This document shows, in pieces, positions 1 through 8,300 of a stretch of DNA of 27,331 bases. Within the stretch, counting starts at the first letter, position 1. The number at the start of each line of letters is the position of its first letter. The notes beneath the pieces were generated by a model, which had not been told where the DNA came from, did no database searches, and was given only the letters and a program-made list of their open reading frames with translations. This stretch comes from a virus (Duplodnaviria; Caudoviricetes). Location: positions 1 to 27,331 of IMG/VR virus record IMGVR_UViG_3300011441_000031. One strand, given 5' to 3'. The position numbers were made by a program, and so were the translations under genes.

Positions 1-1
1 C

Positions 2-127
2 AAGCAGGTACTCCACCAGCGGGCAACAGAGCAAGGCCGGCCAGGCTACGCACACAAGCTCATAGACACCTGGGACCCGCCAACAGGTCAGGTCGAGCGC
101 CCCAGCCAAGCGCCAGGGGACTGGTAA
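2..127 (+). CDS. 3' end of an upstream gene (partial), possibly the HNH/AAA-type gene that commonly precedes terminase
   Basis: Frame 2 is open from the window edge: KQVLHQRATEQGRPGYAHKLIDTWDPPTGQVERPSQAPGDW, TAA at 125-127. Product guessed from position only. Confidence 0.45.
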   Translation, partial: KQVLHQRATEQGRPGYAHKLIDTWDPPTGQVERPSQAPGDW

Positions 128-251
128 AGGTACAAGGGGATCCAAAACCACTAATCCGGACATACGGCGGACCCGAATGATCCTTCCTCTCGTTTTTTTA
201 CACGGCTCGATATGTCCCATTGGCCTGGCCATGTAGGCGGGGTGGGTTGGC
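128..251. other. Candidate cos / packaging-initiation interval
   Basis: Non-coding gap directly upstream of terS; T7 run at 193-199; 7-bp inverted repeat GGACATA (158-164) / TATGTCC (211-217). HK97-like cos phages place cos here. The cut site cannot be read from sequence. Confidence 0.4.
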
Positions 252-593
252 ATGAAATGTCCAAGTTGTGACTTCATCGCCAAGTCTCCAGCCGGGCTCG
301 CAACGCACCGCCGCCTTATGGACCCGCAAGATTCGGCCGGCGGGTGCAACGTCAGGGCCGCTGACGTCACTCTAGCTGAGTTGCGGCGCATGGGCCGGCT
401 GGAGCAGATCGACGCTGCCCGGGTGCAGGCGTTGCGTTCTATTGCGGAGTCGCTGGACCTGAACCCGTTCAACTCGCAGATGTGGCGCGAGTACCGGGAG
501 GCGTTGGGGGAGTTGACCCGCGATGACTCTGACGATGACACGGTCGACGGGCTCTACGACCAGTTGTCCACCCAGGCACGCAACCCGTCGTAG
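252..593 (+). CDS. terS: Terminase small subunit with an N-terminal C2H2-like zinc finger
   Basis: 113 aa, overlaps the start of TerL; helical body with acidic tail; N-terminus CPSC...LATHRR. Confidence 0.7.
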   Translation: MKCPSCDFIAKSPAGLATHRRLMDPQDSAGGCNVRAADVTLAELRRMGRLEQIDAARVQALRSIAESLDLNPFNSQMWREYREALGELTRDDSDDDTVDGLYDQLSTQARNPS

Positions 594-3408
594 GTTCGAG
601 CGGGAGACGTTCGGGCCGGAGTTGGCGGCGGTGGGCGAGAAGCTGGGCCAGCCGTTCATGCCGTGGCAGAGTTTGGTGGCCGACGTCGGTGGGGAGATCA
701 ACCCTGAGACGGGTTTGCCGGCGTATCGCGAGGTGCGGGTAACGGTTCCGAGACAGTCCGGGAAGTCGCTGAGCGTCGATACCGAGGTCTTCACGGCCAA
801 CCGGGGCTGGGTCACGATGGGCTCGATCCGGGTCGGGGACGAGATATATGACGCGTACGGCCAGCCGACGCTCGTAACGGCCGCGACTGACGTCATGTAC
901 AACCACTCGTGCTACCGGATTCGGTTCTCTGACGGGACCGAGATCGTCGCGGACGCCGATCACCTGTGGCTTACGTGGGATCTTCGCGCACGAAAGGCGT
1001 ACGACCACTACCGAGGGGCCAGCGACCCACTGTGGCCATACGACTGGACATCGTGGACGTCCGAGTTCGCATCGACGGTGAAGTACGACCGCGGCGAGCG
1101 AACTCGGATGCGCGACATGCGCGCGGCTGGGCTCACTGCGGCCGAGATCGGGAAGGTCTTCGGGCGTAGCGCGGACGCGATCATGCAGCAGTGGAACCGG
1201 CCCGACGTCCCTGGGGCGTCTATGGTAAAGATCGCGCCTGTCACGACCGCACATCTCGCGCAGACCGTCCGGGTACGCGGGTACTCGAACCACGCAATCC
1301 CTGCCGCGGGCGCACTGGACATGAAGCCGGCCGAGCTGCCCATTGATCCCTACGTGCTGGGCTACCTCTTAGGCGATGGGGACACACGGGCCACTGGTCG
1401 GGTGGCGTGTGATCCGCGGGATCGGGATTGGCTGTCTGTCGAATTCCGCCGTGCAGGATTCATGACGCGACGGCCGTCGCGTGACCCTGGGCACTTCTTC
1501 GTCCTGGGCATCGGGTCGATCTGGCGCGGTCTCGGGCTTGATGGTGGGAAGTTCATCCCGGACGTCTTCCTGCGGGGCTCGCGGGAGCAGCGCATCGCAC
1601 TTGCTCAAGGTCTCGTTGACTCTGACGGCACCGTTGACAAGAAGGGTTCGTACTGGTTCGACAACACGAACCGGGCATTGGTTGATGGGTTCGTTGAACT
1701 AGTAACGGGCCTCGGGTGCATTCCTCGTATTTACCACCGTGCCGGGCGGGTAGTGAAGGGCCGTCTCAGCGCGGAGAGCTGGTCAGTGCTCGTTTCAACC
1801 GAGGTAGACCTTGCCCGCATCCCACGTAAGGCCGATAGGGCGCGCAGGCGTTGGAACCGCGAGCAGATCACGCGGTTCATTGTCGCCGTCGAGCCGGTCG
1901 AGAGCGTACCCGTCCGGTGTATTGCGGTAGACAGCGACTCGCGGACTTATCTCGCTGGCCGAGGTCTGATCCCGACACACAACACGACCCTGTTCCTATC
2001 CTGGCAGATCAATCGATGCGTGTCGCGTCGGTGGTCGCACCCGCAGCGGTCGGTGTTCACCGCGCAGACGGGCAAGGATGCGCGGGACAAGTGGATTGAC
2101 GAGCTGTTTCCGCTGATCCGCCAGTCGCAGTTGAAGAGTCTCGTCGCGGTGAAGGGCTCGCGGCTGGAGATCAACGAGGGGATGGGCAACGAGTCGATCC
2201 GGTTCAAGACCGGTTCGCGCATCCGGCTGTTGTCGACTGCAACGACGTCGGGTCACAGCAAGACGTTGCATCAGGCGGTCATGGACGAGGTGTGGCACGA
2301 CACTGACGACCGCCGCGAGCAGGGCCTGCGGCCGGCGATGATCACGATAGACGATGCGCAGCTGCTGGTGTGCTCGACAGCCGGGACTGAAACGTCGGTG
2401 GTGTTGAACCGCAAGGTGGAGACGGGCCGGGCCGCGGTCCTGGCCGACACGGGTACCGGGGTGGCGTACTTCGAGTGGTCGGCGCCGGACGGTTGGGACC
2501 CCTTCGACGAAGAGTCGTACTACACGTTCATGCCGGCGCTGTGCCCTTACCCGCCGTGCCGTTGCGCCGGCCAGGAACAGAACTGGCATCACACGATCAC
2601 GTCGCTTGACGCCATCCGGGACGAGCGGGAAGAGATGGGGCTGGCGGGCTTCCGCCGCGCCTATGGCAACGTCGCGGCCGGCCCGCAGACCAAACCATGC
2701 TGGCTGGCGATCAAAGAGCAGGACTGGCTCGACGCGGAAGACCCAACCACACCGGCCAAACAGGGTCTGTCGCTGTCGCTGTACGTCAACCCCGAGTCGA
2801 CCTACTCGGCGATCTGCGCCGCGTGGGACCGCGACGACGGGGATATGCATACCGCGGTGTTCCACCACGACGCGGGTGTGGGTTGGACGATCCCGCGGAT
2901 GGTCGAACTGTGCATCAAGTGGAAGCCCAGCCGGGTGGTTGTTGACCCGGCCGGCGCGGTTGGTGCGAAGCTGGCCGAGTTGGAGACCGAGCTGAAACCG
3001 CTTGGTCTCGAGGTGACGCCAATGAAGGCGCGGGACGTGGCCGCGGCGTACGGCATGTTCCGCAACGGCATCACGGCCGAGCCAGATCCAGACCTACCGG
3101 CTGAGAATGATGCACCAAATGATGAGGCGCCGGCTGAGATTGTGCGGCGGCGGCTTCGGGTACGGCCGATGCCCGTGGACCCACCCAACGACCCGGCAAA
3201 CACGCCGTTGGCGTTGGCCGCGAAGAATGGGACTACCCGGTTCGTCGGCGGCGGTAAGGCGTGGGAGTGGAAGTCCGACACGGACCTGTCCACGTTGATG
3301 GCCGCGACGAACGCGGTATGGGGTCTCGTCACGTGTCCGGCCGAGGCACTGCCGGTGACGATCGAGGGCCGACTGTTCGGCGACAAAACGTGGAAGTCGC
3401 AAATATGA
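523..3408 (+). CDS. terL: Terminase large subunit, intein-containing precursor
   Basis: MPWQ adenine-binding motif; Walker A VTVPRQSGK/TT split by the intein; Walker B QAVMDEVW; coupling motif CSTAG; YFEWSAP; C-terminal nuclease region. GGGGAG lies upstream of ATG 523. Confidence 0.95.
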   Translation: MTLTMTRSTGSTTSCPPRHATRRRFERETFGPELAAVGEKLGQPFMPWQSLVADVGGEINPETGLPAYREVRVTVPRQSGKSLSVDTEVFTANRGWVTMGSIRVGDEIYDAYGQPTLVTAATDVMYNHSCYRIRFSDGTEIVADADHLWLTWDLRARKAYDHYRGASDPLWPYDWTSWTSEFASTVKYDRGERTRMRDMRAAGLTAAEIGKVFGRSADAIMQQWNRPDVPGASMVKIAPVTTAHLAQTVRVRGYSNHAIPAAGALDMKPAELPIDPYVLGYLLGDGDTRATGRVACDPRDRDWLSVEFRRAGFMTRRPSRDPGHFFVLGIGSIWRGLGLDGGKFIPDVFLRGSREQRIALAQGLVDSDGTVDKKGSYWFDNTNRALVDGFVELVTGLGCIPRIYHRAGRVVKGRLSAESWSVLVSTEVDLARIPRKADRARRRWNREQITRFIVAVEPVESVPVRCIAVDSDSRTYLAGRGLIPTHNTTLFLSWQINRCVSRRWSHPQRSVFTAQTGKDARDKWIDELFPLIRQSQLKSLVAVKGSRLEINEGMGNESIRFKTGSRIRLLSTATTSGHSKTLHQAVMDEVWHDTDDRREQGLRPAMITIDDAQLLVCSTAGTETSVVLNRKVETGRAAVLADTGTGVAYFEWSAPDGWDPFDEESYYTFMPALCPYPPCRCAGQEQNWHHTITSLDAIRDEREEMGLAGFRRAYGNVAAGPQTKPCWLAIKEQDWLDAEDPTTPAKQGLSLSLYVNPESTYSAICAAWDRDDGDMHTAVFHHDAGVGWTIPRMVELCIKWKPSRVVVDPAGAVGAKLAELETELKPLGLEVTPMKARDVAAAYGMFRNGITAEPDPDLPAENDAPNDEAPAEIVRRRLRVRPMPVDPPNDPANTPLALAAKNGTTRFVGGGKAWEWKSDTDLSTLMAATNAVWGLVTCPAEALPVTIEGRLFGDKTWKSQI
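766..1983 (+). mobile_element. Intein (406 aa) with LAGLIDADG homing endonuclease
   Basis: Block A SLSVDTEVFT after GK; block B ADADHLW; LAGLIDADG motifs YVLGYLLGDG and LAQGLVDSDG; block F VRCIAVDS; block G IPTHN followed by Thr+1. Removal restores PRQSGKTT. Confidence 0.95.
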
Positions 3409-3410
3409 AG

Positions 3411-3565
3411 CCTCTGCGCTGGCGTTGTTTGGGTTCGCCATCCTCGGTGTCGCGACGACCAGCCCAAACGGAGAGTACCTCACCGCTCGCGGGTTCGGTC
3501 AGAACCTGCTCGCCGCCGGGGTACTTCGTCGAGGCAGTTTACTCCAGCGGCGGTGCAGAAAGAGG
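3411..3565 (+). ncRNA. Candidate structured RNA element between terL and the next gene
   Basis: Nested stems: 3417-3422/3544-3549, 3427-3435/3461-3469, 3473-3481/3518-3526, 3489-3496/3502-3509. CCTCT (3411-3415) can pair with AGAGG (3561-3565, the downstream RBS). Confidence 0.4.
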
Positions 3566-3571
3566 TGGCCA

Positions 3572-3820
3572 GTGGCTGACACGATGGTTCTGCCCACCTA
3601 CTCGGACCGGGCGGACCGGGTAGCCCGTCACGCCGCAGAGGTGTCGCCGTCCCGCGCGGCGCGCAACATGGCGTTGTTTCTGCCGTGGCTGCTCGGGTTC
3701 ATGGTCTTCTGGTCGTGGTCATGGATCGTGTATGTGGGCAGCTGGATCGGCTTCGGCTTCCGTGAGGGCTTCGACCTGGGACGAACAGTTAAGGCGAAGC
3801 TCAGTCCGCGTGGCAGCTGA
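3572..3820 (+). CDS. Small membrane protein between TerL and portal
   Basis: GTG 3572 with GAGG 6 nt upstream; 82 aa with hydrophobic Trp-rich segment LFLPWLLGFMVFWSWSWIVYVGSWIGFG; stop overlaps the portal ATG. Confidence 0.7.
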   Translation: MADTMVLPTYSDRADRVARHAAEVSPSRAARNMALFLPWLLGFMVFWSWSWIVYVGSWIGFGFREGFDLGRTVKAKLSPRGS

Positions 3821-5316
3821 TGGACCTGTTCGGGCGGGTCGCGGCACGGCGCAGTAAGGCGCTGGAGCGCCGGCAGCGTTCGTGGCCGGTCGGTAAGGGT
3901 ACCGTCGCGCCGTGGGAGGCGTCGTGGGGCCATGACGATTCGCAGTTTTCGCCTGAATCCTACGGAGACTTTTTAGCGACTTCGAACGAGATCCACAGTG
4001 CGGCCATGCTGCGCGCACGGCTCATGTCTTCTCTGAGGCTGAATCTGTACAAGGGTTGGGACGAAGAGAAGAAGGCGATGCCGCAGCACCCGGCGGCGCA
4101 GCTGCTCAACTACGTCAATCCGCATTGGACGATGCGACGGTTAGCGCGCATGGATGAGTTGTCCATGTGTGTGTGGGGCGAGTCGTTCTGGGCGATTGAG
4201 ACGCAGCGGGGTAAGCCGACGGAGATCTGGTGGTGCAAGCCGTCGAGGATGAAGCCGGTGCCGCACGAGTCCAAGTACATTGCGGGCTGGCTGTATGAGC
4301 CGCAGTACGGCGGGCCGGTCATCCCGTTCCAGCCGGAAGAGGTCATCTGGTTCCGTTACCCCAACCCGTTGGACGAGTTCTCGGCGTTGAGTCCGGTGGT
4401 TGCGGCCCGACTGGCCGCAGAGGCCGCCAGTGCGATGATGACCAGCAACAAGGCCATGTTCGCCAACGGCCTTCAGGTGGCCGGTCTAGTAGTGCCGACC
4501 CGGCCAGATCAGGTGTTCTCCGAGGGCCAGGCCGAGGACCTGGAGGAATACCTGCGTCACAAGCTGTCCGGACCGGACAAGGCACACCGGTGGGCGGTGA
4601 TGCGCTACGAGGCCGCGTTCAAGCAGCTTTCGATCAGTCCGAAGGACGCCGAGTTCGTCAGCGGGCTTGGCCTGACGCTGCGGCAGGTGTGCAACGCCTA
4701 CGGCATCCCGGTGCCGCTGATGAACGATATGAGCTCGGCCACGCTGGCGAACGTGGGCGAGCTGACCAAAGCATTCTGGGCGCACACCTTGGTGCCGGAT
4801 TCGCAGCTACGCGCGGACGAGATTGTGGAACAGTTCCTGCCGCGTTTTGGCAAGAGCGGACCGAACTACGCCGAGTACGACTATGGCAAGGTCCCTGCCC
4901 TTCAGGAAGCTGCGTCGGAGACGTGGGCACGGGACGCGCAGCAGATGGACCGGGGCGCACTGACGATCAACGAGTGGCGGGCGAAGAACGGCATGGGGCC
5001 GGTCCCGTGGGGCGACACGGCGTGGCTGCCGCTGAACAAGGGCATGGTCACGGTCGGCGAAGACGGCGCCATCACGATCCAGCTACCGCAAGGCGCCGGC
5101 GGTCCGGACATGGCCGCGGAAGGCGACGGTACCGGCGGCGGGATTGACGAGGCCGCGGCCGACATTCTCAAGGCCATCGGCGGCCTACCAGACGACGAAC
5201 GGAACCCGGTCAACGCACCACCGGCACCACGGTTCGTGATCCCGAAACCGGCCGAGTTGGACCACATGGCCGCGCGGCGACTGCTGGCCGCGTTTGCCAC
5301 CAACGGGCACCGCTAA
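3820..5316 (+). CDS. Portal protein, HK97 family
   Basis: HPAAQLLNYVNPHWT, EEVIWFRYPNPLDEFSALSP, VCNAYGIPVPLM, GALTINEWRAKNGMGPVPWGD; position after TerL. Confidence 0.95.
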   Translation: MDLFGRVAARRSKALERRQRSWPVGKGTVAPWEASWGHDDSQFSPESYGDFLATSNEIHSAAMLRARLMSSLRLNLYKGWDEEKKAMPQHPAAQLLNYVNPHWTMRRLARMDELSMCVWGESFWAIETQRGKPTEIWWCKPSRMKPVPHESKYIAGWLYEPQYGGPVIPFQPEEVIWFRYPNPLDEFSALSPVVAARLAAEAASAMMTSNKAMFANGLQVAGLVVPTRPDQVFSEGQAEDLEEYLRHKLSGPDKAHRWAVMRYEAAFKQLSISPKDAEFVSGLGLTLRQVCNAYGIPVPLMNDMSSATLANVGELTKAFWAHTLVPDSQLRADEIVEQFLPRFGKSGPNYAEYDYGKVPALQEAASETWARDAQQMDRGALTINEWRAKNGMGPVPWGDTAWLPLNKGMVTVGEDGAITIQLPQGAGGPDMAAEGDGTGGGIDEAAADILKAIGGLPDDERNPVNAPPAPRFVIPKPAELDHMAARRLLAAFATNGHR

Positions 5317-5330
5317 GCCGGGGGGTGGTC

Positions 5331-8300
5331 ATGTCGCTGACCGCCGCAGCTGACGAGATCGACCAACTGTTCGCCGGCTTCACCCGCAAGCGTGTCCCCG
5401 GCGTGCCCGGTGATCCGGAGCACCTGAAACTCCACCCGCACAGTCCGCAGACGGGCAAGTTCGTGGAGACCCCGGACGTCGTTGCCGCGTTGGTTGATGC
5501 GATCAAGAAGAAGCTGACGGACAAGCCGGCAAAGAAGACCGCACCGAAGGCGACCAAGGCCGCCGCACCCCGTGCGCCCCGTGCGCCTAAAGCCGTCAAG
5601 GCCGCGCCGGCCAAGAAGGCCACCCCGGCGAAGGCTCCCACGAAGAAGGCGGTCTCGACCAAGAAGGCCGTATTGTCGAAGGCTCTACCCGACGGCACTG
5701 CGAAACGCGGCGATCTCGTGGTCGTTGAGACAACGGACTCGTACGCCGATGGCGGCCACCTAAACGGCGTTCCGGCGTTCCGGGTGGCGAAGGTCGTCAG
5801 TGTCACAAAAGACGGCAAGGTCAAGGCGTTCGTAACGGGAGATGACCCACCGCGGCGGGTAGAGCACCTACCGCGGGATCACAAGCTCCACGTGGTCTCG
5901 GCAGACCACATCGATGTAGATGCGGCGCTGGTGACAGCACGGGATAACCCGTGGCCGCATGCACCTGAGCACAAGGGCAAGGCATACGACTCGCTCGACG
6001 AGGTAAGGGAGGCGCTGCGCCCGCATCTGAAGGTGAAGGAGCGTGGTTCTTCACCCAAGTCGGTGCTCAGTCCGCCTACCGGCAGGTTCGAATTGGCTGA
6101 GGACCGCGGCCAAAGCGGTGACGGTAGGGCGCCGGGTGGCCAGTGGGGCCGCTACGGTGCTGCCGGTGTGCTCGTCCGGTCCACCGACGGCGACGAACCA
6201 CGGTTCCTGCTGCTGAAGACCGGCGCCTGGGTCGACGCCGGCGGTAAGTGGCAGCTTCCCGGCGGGGCGTTGGACGAGCACGAAAACCCCTACCAGGGCG
6301 TGGCGCGGGAAGCGCACGAAGAGATCGGCGTACCCGAGGACGTGGTCAAGTCCCTACGTCCGGTCGGCGAGCACGTCTACCAGCCGGACCCGGACTGGCG
6401 TTACACCACGATCGCCGCGGATGTGGATACGCCGTTTGAGGTGCGGATCGACGGCGACGAAACCACCGACGCGAAGTGGTTCACCGTAGCCGAGATTGAC
6501 CAGATGCTCGACGACGATGTGATCCAGAAGTCGCTGAAGAAGACCCTGCGCTCGATTATCGATTCGTACCCGAAGGCCAAGCCGGCCAAGAAGCCGCGCG
6601 CGCCGAAGGCCAAAGCGGCGAAGGCGGCCGGCAAGGCCGACGTTCGGGGACTCGCGGGCGTCAACGGTGGTCTTCTCGACGCGGACGCGGCGGACGGGTT
6701 CCAGCGGCGTCTTGACGGCGGCGAGTCACACAGCGCAGTGGCCGACGACATTGAGCGGTACGCCGCCAACGATGGCCTGCCTGCGCAACACGCCTGGGGC
6801 AGGATCGCGGCACGACTACGTGCCAACGACCCGAACCCGCCGGCCGCTGATGTGCAGGCGGGCCGGATTCGCCAGGCGAAGCTTGACTCGGCCCGGGAAG
6901 TCGCTGGCGTGCTCACCGAGCTGGACGAGCTACACGCCAGCAAGGCGTCACCGCGGGCGCTGGAACATCGGTTGCGGGCGCGCGCAAGGCAGGACAGTCT
7001 CCCGCAGGACATGACCGACGCGTTGATCGCGGCGGGTATCTCGGGCGATCGGAAGCAGATCGACAAGGCCATTGACCGTCTCGCCGCCGAACACGGTCTG
7101 ACCCGGATCAGTGCGCGCGCAGGCAGCGTTGAGCCGTTCGACCCGCGTACGCATGAGATGCTCGGCGACTCGACACGGGTGCCGGGCGGTGCCGTGCTAA
7201 TCGTTCGTCCCGGCTACGCGGTCGATGTGGACGGCGAGCGGGTCCAGGTGAGCCGCGCGGCGGTGCTACCGGCAACACCCGAACAGGCTGCCGCGGCCGT
7301 ACCGGTGAAGAAGGCCGTGAAGGCAGCAACCAAGACGGCAGCCAAGACGAAGGTGGAAGGCGGCGGCCGGGATCTGCTGGCGCTGGGCAGTGGGCCACTG
7401 GCTACGAAGCTGGTCAAGCAGGCCGGAGTCAGCGGGCTCGCGCCGGGGCAACGGCCACAGGGACCACACGGCGACGAGTTGTTGCACCACATCGCGTTGG
7501 AGCAAGGCTGGACCGACCGACCACGGCAGGTGGATCACGCCGAGTTTGACCGGCTGATCGCCGACGGACGGCCGGAACTGTTCCGGGGCGTGGAGACCCG
7601 CGCCGAGGTGGATCGGCTGGTCACGGGCGAGCCGTACTTCGGTGACTCGGTGTACGGGTCCGGCATCAACGCGACGTCGGACCGGCCAGATGCGTTGATG
7701 TACGGCGACCACGTGGTCCGGATGACGTTCGCGCCGGACACGCGGATTGTGGATCTGGACGAGGTGCAGGCCGACCAGGCCCGGTTCTGGTCGGCGAGGA
7801 CTCAAAGCGCCGATCAGCGGTTGGTGTTCGGCGGCGACTCCAGCCGGTTCGCCGCGGCGCGCGGTATCGACGTGATCCGGATCCGCAGGCAGGACGACGG
7901 CGAAGTGCTCGACGTTACCGAAGATCCAGCGTGGCTGGATGCGATCGCCGGCACGATGGGCTACCTTTCTGCGGCGGAACTACCCGATGGTGTCATCGCC
8001 GAGTTGCAACGCATGCGTGGCGAGCACTACTTGGTACTCAACCGGGGAGTGCTGGTGGTGGATACCGAACCGGCCGGTCTCGTAACCGCGCGCGAAGTGC
8101 CTTCCAGTCGATCCGCGCAGTCGAGCTTCACCCGCGCGGACGAGCCGCACACCGGCGCGATGGTTGCGCTCGTCCCCACCGCCGAAGACGCGAAGCGTCT
8201 TGCTGTTGACGACGGCCTGCCGGTTAATGAGCTGCACTGCACCCTGTTCTATCTTGGCGACGCCACCGACTTCCCGGCCGAGCCGCGTAAGCACCTGGTC

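Noticed and set aside
5514-5690. Short tandem repeats as a CRISPR array or mobile element ends
   Set aside because: They are coding low-complexity Lys/Ala/Pro tracts; no repeat-spacer periodicity, cas genes or transposase.
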